A program made the translations under genes and the position numbers. The notes beneath the pieces were generated by a model, which worked only from the letters and a program-made list of their open reading frames with translations, had not been told where the DNA came from and did not search any database. From contig NC_009776.1 in assembly GCF_000017945.1 (NCBI RefSeq), positions 240,001-272,000 of the forward strand: a stretch of 32,000 nucleotides of DNA, written 5' to 3'. Below are positions 7,977-17,052 of this stretch, piece after piece (within the stretch, counting starts at the first letter, position 1; each line of letters opens with the position of its first letter). This DNA comes from Ignicoccus hospitalis KIN4/I (GTDB lineage Archaea; Thermoproteota; Thermoprotei_A; Sulfolobales; Ignicoccaceae).

Positions 7977-9456
7977 GGGTCAGCCGGGACCCCTTCTTGA
8001 GTTCCCCGGAGAAGTAGCCTTCCACCGGCTCCCCGTCCACCAAGACCGCCCCCGGCTCCCCGTCCGAGCCCCCCTTCGCGCCGGGGGACTTCGTCAAGTA
8101 CCTAGACATGATCACGGTTACCTTTAGGTCGTCCAAGGCTATAAATTCCCTAACCACCCCGTCCCCTCCCTTGTGCGTCCCGGCCCCTCCGGAGCCCCTC
8201 CTCACGGAGTACCTAGTGAATAGCACCGGCGCCTCCCTCTCTATTATTTCTATCGGGGTGTTCATGGTGTTGGTCATGCCCCATTGGACGGCGTTCTGGC
8301 CGTCCGAGTCCTTGGTCGCGCTCCCGCCGCCGGCGTTGGTTTCATAATAGACCTTGTTCCCCCATGACAGTATCAAGTTGCTCATGGTGCCCGGGCCCCC
8401 GGAGGGGGCGTGGGAGAAGCCTTGCGCGGCGAGCACCACGGCCTCCAAGGCCCTCTGGGAGGTCTCCAAGTTCCCGGCCCCTACGGCGGCGGGGAACCGG
8501 GGGTTCAGCAAGCTCCCCTCCCTCGTCTTTACCTTTATTAAAGAATAAAGGCCGTGGTCCACCGGCCCCTCCGGGACGGTCATCGCCTTCACGAAGAAGG
8601 CCACCGCGGCGTAGGCTATTCCCTCCACCGCGTTCAAGTTGTAGGGCACTTGGTCCGAGGACCCCGAGAAGTCCGCCTCCACGACTTCCCCGACCTTGAG
8701 CCTCACCCTTATTTTCGCGAGGCCCTCCGGGAGCTCCAAGGGGACTTCGGCCTCCCCCTCCCCCGACACCTCGGCCAGCCTCTCCGAGTAGGCCCTCTTG
8801 GACGCCTCTAAGAAGTCTTCCTTGTACTCGTTAATGTCGCCGTAACGGTCCTCCAACTCCCTCAGCCTCTGGAGGCCGGTCCTCAAGGCCGCTATCTGTG
8901 CCTTCAAGTCGGCCAAGAACGTCTTAGGCCCCCTGACGCCCTTGGCCAAGTCCTCAGCTACCTTCAAAACCCTCCACCTCTTGGCCACTAGCGCGGGCTC
9001 TATTACTATCCCTTCCTCGAACAACGTCTTGGCGTTGGGGTTCAGGGAGCCGGGCACGGGGCCCCCTACGTCCACGTGGTGGGCCTTGTTAACTATCCAA
9101 ACGTTCTTATACTTTGTCATAACAGTTACGTCGTTCAAGTGGGTGCCGGTCAAGTAAGGGTCGTTAACTATCATGACGTCCCCCTCATCCTCGACCAACT
9201 CCGAGGCCCTCTCAACCAGCCTCGGGGCCGCCCACGAGAGGCTGCCCAAGTGTACTGGGATGTGTTCGGCTTGAGCTAGTACCCTCCCGTCCTCGTCCAG
9301 CAAGGCGCAAGACATGTCCAAGCGTTCTCTAATGTTCGGGGAAACGGACGAACGTTTCAACACGCTTCCCATCTCTTCGGCTATGTAGCTCAAGGCCCTC
9401 TGGACCACTCCCGCTCTGAGCTTCAAGCTTCGCGACCCCCACTTGATCCCCTCCAA
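7939..9456 (-). CDS. hyuB: hydantoinase B / 5-oxoprolinase B-type subunit
   Basis: 505 aa. [54 protein letters not shown] and GGGSGA-like [11 protein letters not shown] segments are typical of the HyuB family. Confidence 0.85.
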   Translation of the reverse strand: MEGIKWGSRSLKLRAGVVQRALSYIAEEMGSVLKRSSVSPNIRERLDMSCALLDEDGRVLAQAEHIPVHLGSLSWAAPRLVERASELVEDEGDVMIVNDPYLTGTHLNDVTVMTKYKNVWIVNKAHHVDVGGPVPGSLNPNAKTLFEEGIVIEPALVAKRWRVLKVAEDLAKGVRGPKTFLADLKAQIAALRTGLQRLRELEDRYGDINEYKEDFLEASKRAYSERLAEVSGEGEAEVPLELPEGLAKIRVRLKVGEVVEADFSGSSDQVPYNLNAVEGIAYAAVAFFVKAMTVPEGPVDHGLYSLIKVKTREGSLLNPRFPAAVGAGNLETSQRALEAVVLAAQGFSHAPSGGPGTMSNLILSWGNKVYYETNAGGGSATKDSDGQNAVQWGMTNTMNTPIEIIEREAPVLFTRYSVRRGSGGAGTHKGGDGVVREFIALDDLKVTVIMSRYLTKSPGAKGGSDGEPGAVLVDGEPVEGYFSGELKKGSRLTLMTPGAGGWGRA

Positions 9457-9500
9457 CGTTTAAACTCTCGAAGGGGCTATACTTTACGCGGAGAAGAAGG

Positions 9501-10328
9501 ATGATAGTGAAGAGGGTAAAGACCGGCATACCCGGCATGGACGAGATACTCTACGGAGGCATCCCGGAGAGGAACGTGGTCCTCCTGTCCGGCGGCCCCG
9601 GGACGGGGAAGACGATATTCTCCCAGCAGTTCTTGTGGTACGGGCTGGAGCACGGCGAGCCCGGGATCTACGTCGCCTTGGAGGAGCACCCAGTTCAAAT
9701 TAGGAGGAACATGTTACAGTTCGGCTGGGACGTCAGGAAGTATGAGAAGAAGGGGACCTTCGCGATCATAGACGCCTTCACCGGCGGGATAGGCGAGGCG
9801 GCGAAGAGGGAGAAGTACGTCGTGAGGGACCCTACAGACGTCCACATGCTCGTGGACGTGTTGAGGGAGGCTATAAGGGACTTAGGGGCCAAGAGGGCCG
9901 CCATAGACTCGGTCTCCACGCTCTACTTGACCAGGCCGGCGGTGGCGAGGAGCGTGGTCCTCCAGCTGAAGAGGGTTCTGAGCGGCTTGGGGGTAACCAG
10001 CATCTTGGTGAGCCAAGTGTCCGCCACGGAGAGGGGCTTCGGCGGCCCCGGCGTGGAGCACGCGGCTGACGGCATAATAAGGCTGGACTTGGACGAGTAC
10101 GACGGCGAACTCTACCGCTCTCTGATTGTCTGGAAGATGAGGGGGACTAAGCACAGCATGCGGAGGCACCCCTTCGAGATAACGGACAAAGGGATAGTGG
10201 TGTTCTACGACAAGGTGTTGAGAGTGAGGGCGGGCAAGGCCTACGTGGAGCCCCTGAACCCGGAGGTGGTGAGGGAGATGGAGGAGGCCTCCAAGAAGAC
10301 GGAGGACGTCTACGAAGGGGAGGTCTGA
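9501..10328 (+). CDS. single-domain KaiC-like / RadA-paralogue (RecA-superfamily) ATPase
   Basis: 275 aa. [17 protein letters not shown], Walker A GGPGTGKT, Walker B-like AAIDSVS, and the C-terminal [22 protein letters not shown] motif of KaiC-like proteins. Confidence 0.85.
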   Translation: MIVKRVKTGIPGMDEILYGGIPERNVVLLSGGPGTGKTIFSQQFLWYGLEHGEPGIYVALEEHPVQIRRNMLQFGWDVRKYEKKGTFAIIDAFTGGIGEAAKREKYVVRDPTDVHMLVDVLREAIRDLGAKRAAIDSVSTLYLTRPAVARSVVLQLKRVLSGLGVTSILVSQVSATERGFGGPGVEHAADGIIRLDLDEYDGELYRSLIVWKMRGTKHSMRRHPFEITDKGIVVFYDKVLRVRAGKAYVEPLNPEVVREMEEASKKTEDVYEGEV

Positions 10329-10331
10329 GAG

Positions 10332-10817
10332 TTGGAGAGGCTCGTGGTGGCGGGGAGGGTTTACAACGCAATAAAGGTTATGAAAGACTTTCCTTTCGAG
10401 TACGCTTTGTTCTTGAAGTTCGAGGCGCGGGAGGGGGAGGTGTTGGTGAAGGACTTCGCCTTCCCCCTCCAGCGGGTTACCCGCACATCCTTCGAGGTGT
10501 TGGACCCGAGGCCGGTGGCGGCGGGCTACGAGGGGGTCTTGCACAAGCACCTAAGCTGTCGCGAGTTCTCCATAAGGGACCTCCCCCTGCTGCGCTCCTT
10601 CCCCCTCAACTTGTTGGTCGTAAGGGACCGGGTCGTGCGGGTGGCTTGGAGGGGTGAGCTCTACGCGGCTCACGAAGAAGGAGCTGGAGATGGAGTTGGA
10701 GAGGGTGCGCTGGAAGAAGGGGAAGTTAGGTATAAAGTACGAGCAATACCCAACCCCCGCCTCTGTGGCGGCGGACGTCTTGTGGAGGGCCTTCTTGGCC
10801 GGGGACATCGAAGGTAA
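10332..10817 (+). CDS. minimal JAMM/MPN+ domain protein (C-terminus uncertain)
   Basis: TTG start 3 nt after the KaiC-like stop. PFE(23)YALFL ... GVLH(71)KH(73)LSCREFS(80)IRD(83)L parallels the E..HxHx7SxxD JAMM motif but is one residue shorter. The last ~55 codons overlap the next gene out of frame and look like read-through. Confidence 0.6.
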   Translation: MERLVVAGRVYNAIKVMKDFPFEYALFLKFEAREGEVLVKDFAFPLQRVTRTSFEVLDPRPVAAGYEGVLHKHLSCREFSIRDLPLLRSFPLNLLVVRDRVVRVAWRGELYAAHEEGAGDGVGEGALEEGEVRYKVRAIPNPRLCGGGRLVEGLLGRGHRR

Positions 10818-11247
10818 GCTTGTGGTGGACTTGGGCTGCGGCACGGGGAGGCTCGCGTACGGGGCCTCGCTCTTGGGCGCTAGGTCCATATGCTTGGAGC
10901 TGGACTTGGAGCTTTTGAGGGAGGCCCCTTTGGAGGAGAGGGTGCTGGCGGAGGTCCCGCGCGTACCTTTGAGGAGGGCCGATACGGTAATAATGAACCC
11001 GCCCTTCGGGACCAAGGTGAAGAGGGCGGACAGGGCCTTCTTGTTGGCGGCCTTCGACCTGGCCCCCACCGTCTACTCCATCCAGCCCTCGGGGGTTTGG
11101 AAAGTCGTTAAGAGGTTGGGAGAGGAGAGGGGCTTCCGGTGCGAGGCCTTGGCCCGGTACGAGATGCACCTCCCCCAGCTCTACGAGTTCCACGTCTCTA
11201 GGAAGAGGAGGACCGAGGTGAGCCTCTATTGCTGCCGGCGGTGGTGA
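10654..11247 (+). CDS. METTL5-like N6-adenine RNA/DNA methyltransferase (NPPF family)
   Basis: 197 aa. KKELEMELE..YEQYPTP, motif I VVDLGCGTGRL, motif IV IMNPPFG. GTG start; an alternative ATG lies at 10690. Confidence 0.8.
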   Translation: MSSTRLTKKELEMELERVRWKKGKLGIKYEQYPTPASVAADVLWRAFLAGDIEGKLVVDLGCGTGRLAYGASLLGARSICLELDLELLREAPLEERVLAEVPRVPLRRADTVIMNPPFGTKVKRADRAFLLAAFDLAPTVYSIQPSGVWKVVKRLGEERGFRCEALARYEMHLPQLYEFHVSRKRRTEVSLYCCRRW

Positions 11248-12118
11248 CCACCACCCCCTCCTCCGTCACGAAGATGGTGTGCTCCCACTGCGCCACCTCG
11301 CCCCTCTTCGCCTCTATGAGTATAGGATACGCCGTTAATACACCTATCTTCGATAACCTCAACAGAGCTTCCATCAACTTGTCGTAAGCCATCACGTCCG
11401 TGAGCCAGCGGGGGGAGAACGGGAGGGTCTTGAACCTTTCGTTTATCACCTCTACCAAGTCTTTTAGGTCGCCCGCCCTCTTCTCCCACCCCTTGGGGGG
11501 CCTAGGCCGGAGGGAGAAGATGGTAACCTCCTTCCCCTCCACCACGTACCCGGCCCCGTCCGTGCCGAAGGGCTCTATCGCGTACGCCCGCCCGGGCTCC
11601 AGCTTGAAGGGCAAGGGCTCGGGGACGTTGGGTATGGAGACCCCGGAGTGCACCAAGTAGGGGGCCAAGCCGTGGCCTCCCAAGTTAGAGATCGGTTTGA
11701 AGCCCTTCCTCCTTATCGTCACACTTATGGTGGTCCCTATGGCGGAGACCGAGAGGCCCGGCCTGGCCCTCTCCAAGGCCCTCTCCAGCGCCTCTTTGAC
11801 GGCCTCCGACAACTTCTCGTGTTTCTCCACGGGCTTGAGTAACACGCTTATTGCGGAGTCCGCGATCCTCCCGCGCACGTGGGCGCCCAAGTCGAGTTTG
11901 ACTATCCCCTTCTCCGGGAGCCTCTTCGGGTCCTCCGGCACGGGGGAGTAGTGGGCGGCCTCGTAACCCACGCTCAGGTTACAGGGGAAGGCCGGCCCGT
12001 CCGAGAGCTTCCTTATTAGGTCCTCCACCTCCTCGCAAATCTCTAAAACCGAGGCGCCGGGCCTTATCAGCTCCCTCCCCCTCTCCAGCGCCCTCCTGAC
12101 AGCTTCTCCGGACCTCAA
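11198..12118 (-). CDS. map: methionine aminopeptidase, type 2
   Basis: 306 aa. PAFPCNLSVGYEAAHYSP, DLGAHVRGRIADSA, GGHGLAPYLVH and WEHTIFVT are the archaeal MetAP2 pattern. Confidence 0.9.
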   Translation of the reverse strand: MRSGEAVRRALERGRELIRPGASVLEICEEVEDLIRKLSDGPAFPCNLSVGYEAAHYSPVPEDPKRLPEKGIVKLDLGAHVRGRIADSAISVLLKPVEKHEKLSEAVKEALERALERARPGLSVSAIGTTISVTIRRKGFKPISNLGGHGLAPYLVHSGVSIPNVPEPLPFKLEPGRAYAIEPFGTDGAGYVVEGKEVTIFSLRPRPPKGWEKRAGDLKDLVEVINERFKTLPFSPRWLTDVMAYDKLMEALLRLSKIGVLTAYPILIEAKRGEVAQWEHTIFVTEEGVVVTTAGSNRGSPRSSSS

Positions 12119-12135
12119 GTAGAGCTCCAGCTCCT

Positions 12136-14040
12136 CTATGGTTTGACACCGCCCTCCCTCCTAGGGGGGCGTATTTCAAGGAGTTCCTCGACCCTAGCCT
12201 TAAACCTGGCCCACCATTCTATGCCCTTCCCCTCATCGAAGAGCCTCCCCCACTTCTCCGGCATGACCCTCTTAGCCATAGTCCTCACGACGTCGTAGGT
12301 CTTCTTACTCTCCCACGGGACGGGCTCGGCTCCGGCCTCCACGTTGTACACGGCCACGCTCCTATACACGGCCTTCGCGTACTCGTCGTTGACCTCCGCC
12401 CCCACCATCTCCTTGTACATCTCTCCCACCAGCCTCTCCGCCCACTTCCGGTGGAAGCGGCATATGCCGGCGTTGTCTATTATGAGCTCCTTCAAGGCCC
12501 TCTTGAAGGAGCTCTCGGCGAACTTCTCGGGCTCGTCGAAGGTCGGCCGGTAGTTGGTCCAGTACCTCCCCAAGACGTAGAGCGGGGCTACCATTCCGGG
12601 GGCCCAGTACAAATTCGGCGTCATGTAGCCCTTCTCCCCGAAGGCGACGTAAACCGCTAAGTCCTCGAACTTCACCCTCTCCGTCCTGGAGGGGAGCTCC
12701 CGGTCCAAGTACTTGGCCGCCCCCCTGAGCCCCCTCTTCGCCGCCTCCCCCGGCACTCCCACGCCCTTAGCGTACTGCTCCAATATCTTTTTCGCTATCT
12801 CGTAGTTCTTCTCGCTCTCCTCCACCTCGAAGTGGGAGGGGTCGAAGGACGGCGGCTCGCTCACCCCGAGCTCCTCGGGCCTCAACAAGTTCCGGTAGAG
12901 CGCGTCCATGAGCCACGAGACCACGTGGCCGGCCTCTATGGCGTCCATCCCGTACGAGTCCACCACTTCTATCAACTTTACTGTTAAGTCCAACTTGAAG
13001 ACTCCTATCAAGGGCCCCATGGCGTTGCTCGGCTCGTAGTCCAGCTTCACGCCCCTCCAGACTTTCTTACAAGCGGCCGGGCACGGGTCCCCGCAGCCGC
13101 CGAAGACCCTCCTCTTTATGGTCTCCTCCACGAACGGCGTCCAGAAGTACTTAATTATCATCTTGCTCAGTCTCGTCCTCGTCTCGTCGCTGTAGTATAT
13201 GCTGTTAAAGGCGAACATCGGTATTAGGTCCCTGTAGTAAACGTAGTTCACCCCGAAGGTCCCCCCGCTCTTGTACTTGGGGTCGTACCGGTACTTGGTG
13301 GTTGCCTCCAAGACCGCTTCCACGTAACTCTTGCCGAAGGCCTCCCTGCTGAGCCTCTCCGGCAAGTCCCCGGGGACCTCCGGCGGCTCGTAACGCCCCC
13401 CGAAGCCCACTGCCCACACGTTGTGGGCCCTAGCCAAGGCGCTCCCCGGGCCTCCCCTCCCGAAGAAGTCCACCGCAAAGGGGGAAAGCTCGTTGCCGAG
13501 CCTCTCTATGCTGACCAACGAGCCCGACACGGAGAACAAGGAGAAGGGTCCCACAGCTACGGCGCGCGCGGGGGAGTAGTTGTCGTAAACGTACTTGCTC
13601 AAGGCGAAGGTGCCGAAGTAGCCCCCGTAGTTGAAGGCGTCCGAGGTAACGTTCTTGAACTTGACGTCCTTTAGCCCTTCCTCGTCCCCCTCCAAGAGCA
13701 CTATTTTGGGGGAGTTGGCCCTCCCCTTGAAGACTACCAGGCTCGTCCCGGAGCTTATGAAGTCGAAGCCCGCCCCTCCGGCGGCCGTGACGTGGAGGCC
13801 CCTCGTCATGGGACTTTTGAAGACTATTATTAGCCTGTTGCTCCCGAAGAAGGGGGAGCGCGCGAAGGGGCCAGTACCCATAACTACTAAGTTCTTCTCC
13901 ACGGGGTCCCAGTCTTGAGTTTGGTACTTCAAGTGGAGCTTCACTCCAGCTTCCACCGGGCCCAAAGCGTTTATGTTTATCCTCCTCCAGTTTTCCTCCT
14001 CTAGGTCGATTTCTATTGGGTTAATCAAGGGCTCGCGCAA
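12136..14040 (-). CDS. aor: aldehyde:ferredoxin oxidoreductase (AOR) family tungsto/molybdopterin enzyme
   Basis: The track ORF runs to 14181, but AOR homology begins near PIEIDLEEENW. In-frame TTGs at 14040 and 14028 avoid overlapping the divergent Trm112-like gene. Motifs: KSPMTRG, GCGDPCPAAC (cluster Cys), IIDNAGICRFH. Confidence 0.85.
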   Translation of the reverse strand: MREPLINPIEIDLEEENWRRININALGPVEAGVKLHLKYQTQDWDPVEKNLVVMGTGPFARSPFFGSNRLIIVFKSPMTRGLHVTAAGGAGFDFISSGTSLVVFKGRANSPKIVLLEGDEEGLKDVKFKNVTSDAFNYGGYFGTFALSKYVYDNYSPARAVAVGPFSLFSVSGSLVSIERLGNELSPFAVDFFGRGGPGSALARAHNVWAVGFGGRYEPPEVPGDLPERLSREAFGKSYVEAVLEATTKYRYDPKYKSGGTFGVNYVYYRDLIPMFAFNSIYYSDETRTRLSKMIIKYFWTPFVEETIKRRVFGGCGDPCPAACKKVWRGVKLDYEPSNAMGPLIGVFKLDLTVKLIEVVDSYGMDAIEAGHVVSWLMDALYRNLLRPEELGVSEPPSFDPSHFEVEESEKNYEIAKKILEQYAKGVGVPGEAAKRGLRGAAKYLDRELPSRTERVKFEDLAVYVAFGEKGYMTPNLYWAPGMVAPLYVLGRYWTNYRPTFDEPEKFAESSFKRALKELIIDNAGICRFHRKWAERLVGEMYKEMVGAEVNDEYAKAVYRSVAVYNVEAGAEPVPWESKKTYDVVRTMAKRVMPEKWGRLFDEGKGIEWWARFKARVEELLEIRPPRREGGVKP

Positions 14041-14137
14041 CCCGTTCGCCCGGGACAATTCTAGGAAAGGGAACCAAAGTGTGGGGGCGTTCAACAGAAA
14101 GCGCCCCCCGCGCGAGCCCCTCCCAGGCGGAAGGGTA

Positions 14138-14524
14138 ATGATGTATATGACGCTGGACGTCCTAGCGTGTCCGTACTGCAAGGATGAAGGCTTCCCGCTG
14201 AAGCTTTATGTAATAGAAAAGAAGAAGGTGAAGAGGAAGAGGCCCCCGAAGGAGAAGCCCTACTGCGAGCTCTACTGCGGCTACTTGGGGAAGTACTTGA
14301 AGGACGTGCGAGACCCCCCTTGCGAGCAGTGCTTGGACGAGGAGGTGGTGACGGGGGTGCTCGTCTGCCCCAAGTGCGGGCGCTGGTTCCCGATAATAGA
14401 CGGCATCCCGCACATGCTGCCGGACGAGCTCAGAAACAAGGAGGAGGACTTGAAATTCCTAAGGAAGTACAAGGACTTGTTGCCCGAAGAGGTGCTGTCC
14501 GGCAAGCCTTGGGGGATAAAATGA
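14138..14524 (+). CDS. Trm112-like zinc-ribbon protein (extended, 128 aa)
   Basis: The in-frame ATG at 14138 inside the 183-aa track ORF gives MMYMTLDVLACPYC...VLVCPKCGRWFPIIDGIPHMLPDE, the Trm112/DUF343 signature. An extra CELYC...CEQC pair lies in the insert. Confidence 0.7.
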   Translation: MMYMTLDVLACPYCKDEGFPLKLYVIEKKKVKRKRPPKEKPYCELYCGYLGKYLKDVRDPPCEQCLDEEVVTGVLVCPKCGRWFPIIDGIPHMLPDELRNKEEDLKFLRKYKDLLPEEVLSGKPWGIK

Positions 14525-15606
14525 ACCCCCTCTTGAAGTCCCACTTGCTCGCGTTTTTCCTGTTCCTCTCCGCCTCTTCCTCGGACCCCTACGTCCTGAG
14601 GGAGGCCCACGTCTACGGCTCCCTCTCCGTGGGGCTGGCCAGCGGGCTGGCCTCGCTGGTCGGACTGGCCTCCAAGCTTACTATGTTCAAGAGGGGCTTG
14701 AGCCCGGGGATGGCCTCCTCCGCCCCCGCGTTGATGATCCTCGCCTACCCTACGGCGCTCCTCGGCCTCCCGGGCTTCTTCGCGTACTTGATGCTCACCA
14801 ACGTAGCGTTCGCAATAATATTGGTTTTATCCCTAACAGTGGTCGCGGAGGAGGCGCCTCCGAACAAGCTGGGCTTCCACTACGCGTTGAGGGGGATCGC
14901 GCTCTCGGCCGCGTCCTTCTTGGGACCCCTCGTGGGGGGTTTGGCTTACTCCGCCTTGGGCCTCCCGGGCTCCCTGGCCGTCGGGGCCGCGGCGTCTGCA
15001 GTAACCTTCGCGATTCAGAGGACCTTGATGGGCTACTCCTTCAAGGGCGGGGGCGGGTGGAGCTTCAGCCCCTCTTGGGCGTTGGCCTACGCTACCTCCT
15101 TCTTCTTGGCTTCAACCGTACTTATAATTTCCACTTACTTGCCGCCCTACCAAGCGAGCCGCGGCAGCGGGTACTTGGCCACCACCTACTTCTTCTCCGG
15201 GAGGGCCTTGGGCAGCGGGAGCACCAGGGTGCTCGGGGGCATAATCGCGGACGCGGCTCCGCGCTTGATAGCGGTCCCTCCCTTGCTGGCCCTCGCGGCC
15301 TCCCGCTTGGCCCTCAACGCCCTCGAGCCCTCGGCGGCGGCCGTCGCGGGGTTCTTCACCGGCGGCTCTTGGGGTTTAGCCAGTCCCACGTTGCTCTCAA
15401 TAGCCGCGAGGGAGAAGGAGAAGGGGAAGAGCATGAGTTTATTCACGACGGCTTGGGACTTAGCAAACGTGACCTCGGTCCCCCTCGCGGGGGCCGCGGG
15501 CTCCTTCGAGGCCTCCCTCTCGCTCTCCACCGCGACCGCCTCTATGGCGTTGGTCTCGGCGGCGCTCCTCGCGGCCTCTCGCAAAATAAACCCCGGGCGG
15601 GGCTAA
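14521..15606 (+). CDS. multi-pass membrane protein, MFS-transporter-like
   Basis: ATG at 14521 (ATGA overlap with the Trm112-like stop) gives 361 aa. About 10-12 hydrophobic helices. The upstream part of the 428-aa track ORF is Arg/Gly-rich read-through over the previous gene. Confidence 0.6.
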   Translation: MNPLLKSHLLAFFLFLSASSSDPYVLREAHVYGSLSVGLASGLASLVGLASKLTMFKRGLSPGMASSAPALMILAYPTALLGLPGFFAYLMLTNVAFAIILVLSLTVVAEEAPPNKLGFHYALRGIALSAASFLGPLVGGLAYSALGLPGSLAVGAAASAVTFAIQRTLMGYSFKGGGGWSFSPSWALAYATSFFLASTVLIISTYLPPYQASRGSGYLATTYFFSGRALGSGSTRVLGGIIADAAPRLIAVPPLLALAASRLALNALEPSAAAVAGFFTGGSWGLASPTLLSIAAREKEKGKSMSLFTTAWDLANVTSVPLAGAAGSFEASLSLSTATASMALVSAALLAASRKINPGRG

Positions 15607-15625
15607 CCTCTCGTCGGGGAGGAAA

Positions 15626-15922
15626 ATGAGCTTAGGAGAGGCCTTCTCCAAGCTGATAGAGAGGATGGTTGTAGAGGAGTTCCACCCCAAGTCCGTTAAG
15701 GTGATAGCCGAGCCGTCGCCCTTCGGGGGCACTTACTACATAGAGATGACTTTGGATGAACTCCCGGAGGACGTGGAGTTCAGAATAACCGAGATTGTAA
15801 ACGAGGTGGAGTTCAGCTTTTACATGCCTACGAGCTTCGACGTGGAGAAGGATGGGGACTCTTACAAGGTCAGGGCGCTCTTCGTGAGCTCCGGCGAGGA
15901 GGGGGCCTACGCCTACTTGTAA
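15626..15922 (+). CDS. hypothetical acidic protein (98 aa)
   Basis: ATG preceded by ggggaggaaa (Shine-Dalgarno-like). No family recognised. Codon usage resembles the neighbours. Confidence 0.5.
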   Translation: MSLGEAFSKLIERMVVEEFHPKSVKVIAEPSPFGGTYYIEMTLDELPEDVEFRITEIVNEVEFSFYMPTSFDVEKDGDSYKVRALFVSSGEEGAYAYL

Positions 15923-17052
15923 TAGAAGGTCCTCCCGCCGACCTTCAATATAACTTGCCTCCTGTAGGCCATTTGTATTATCCACCCCGCGTTCTTCTTC
16001 AACCCCTCAGCCTCGACCTTCAGGACGGGCTCCTTGAGCTCGAAGCTCACCAGCTTGCCCCCCAACATCTCCACCCCCTCCCTCAAGTCCCTCGGGTCCA
16101 CGGGAGGCAAGCGCTCGCAGAGCTCCCTCTCGAAGATGCAAGAGTCCCAGCACACCTCTCCGTGGTGCCTCGCGTTGGCGTCGCAAGCGGTGTAGAGTAC
16201 CCTCATGCCCAAGGACTCGGCCTCCCTAGCTATCTTGTCCCTCAAATCCCTAGTGTACACGTAGACTTGTTCCCTCCCCCTCGGGAGCCTCCTCAGCCTC
16301 CCCTCCAGAGAGACCCCCAAGGAGCGCAAGTTCTTCATTATCCTCTGAGTCACCCTCAGCCCCCCTAGGACCACGTCCTCCAAGCCGTAGCTGGAGGCCA
16401 GTTCCAACAACTCCTTGGACTCCTTGTCAGTTATGCCGGGGATTATCGGCCTTATGAAGACGGCGACCCCCTTCCCTCCGTCCTTTATCTTCTTAGCCAG
16501 CTCGAACCTCTTCTCCACCGGGGGGAGCCTCGGCTCCAGCTCCCTTGCCCTCCTCAAGCTGCTTACCGAAACTAACACGCTCAGCCTCCTCTCGGAGGAC
16601 TCCAAGAACTCATTCAACCTCCTCTCGGGGAACACCATCTTAAACGACATTTGCGTGTAGTTGCCCAAGTACTTCAACCACTTGAGGTATTCGAAGGTCT
16701 TGTCCAACAGTAAGGGGTGGAAGGGCTCCGTAACGGAGCCCACCGCCACGTAGGTCCCGGTGGGGCCGGGGGCGACGTTGGGGTTGAGCATTAACGCCAG
16801 CGCCAGCTCCGGCCCGCTGAGGGGGTAGGGCTCCACCTTGTCCGTGGGGAACCCCATGTCAGCTATGTAACAATAAACGCAGCCCAAGTCGCACCCTATC
16901 CCCGGGTGGACCGTTATCCCGCAGTCCCTCGGCTCCCTCCTCGCGTGCCAGTCCTCTTCGGCCTTCCTCACGTCCTCTACAATCTCCTTTAACTCTTCCA
17001 ACTTCTTCCTCTTCATCTCTATAGCCTTCGTGAGCCTCCCCAAGGCCCTCAC
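15913..17052 (-). CDS. radical SAM protein (SplB/COG1533-like, DNA-repair-photolyase-type fold suspected)
   Basis: 379 aa. C54DLGC58VYC61Y is a CX3CX2C radical SAM cluster motif at nt 16870-16893. The GTG start overlaps the UDG stop (GTGA). Confidence 0.8.
   Translation of the reverse strand: MRALGRLTKAIEMKRKKLEELKEIVEDVRKAEEDWHARREPRDCGITVHPGIGCDLGCVYCYIADMGFPTDKVEPYPLSGPELALALMLNPNVAPGPTGTYVAVGSVTEPFHPLLLDKTFEYLKWLKYLGNYTQMSFKMVFPERRLNEFLESSERRLSVLVSVSSLRRARELEPRLPPVEKRFELAKKIKDGGKGVAVFIRPIIPGITDKESKELLELASSYGLEDVVLGGLRVTQRIMKNLRSLGVSLEGRLRRLPRGREQVYVYTRDLRDKIAREAESLGMRVLYTACDANARHHGEVCWDSCIFERELCERLPPVDPRDLREGVEMLGGKLVSFELKEPVLKVEAEGLKKNAGWIIQMAYRRQVILKVGGRTFYYK

Noticed and set aside
8532-8551. 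Perfect AT-rich palindrome cctttatt-aaag-aataaagg inside hyuB
   Set aside because: It lies in frame within conserved coding sequence (GLYSLIKVK). It occurs once and has no partner site, so chance is the likely explanation.
9882-11069. Two long minus-strand ORFs (9882..10550 and 10551..11069)
   Set aside because: They are antisense to the KaiC-like, JAMM-like and methyltransferase genes. No motifs are present and the amino-acid composition is skewed.
14041-14181. 47-codon N-terminal extension of the AOR ORF, and 13973-14137 as an extension of the Trm112-like ORF
   Set aside because: The two extensions overlap each other head-to-head. Both lie outside the homologous regions, and internal starts (TTG 14040, ATG 14138) resolve the conflict.
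14320-14520. Upstream part of the 428-aa ORF, and similarly 17421-17684 of the 447-aa ORF
   Set aside because: These Arg/Gly/Pro-rich read-throughs overlap well-supported genes (Trm112-like and udg). The membrane-protein sequence begins at 14521 and at about 17685.
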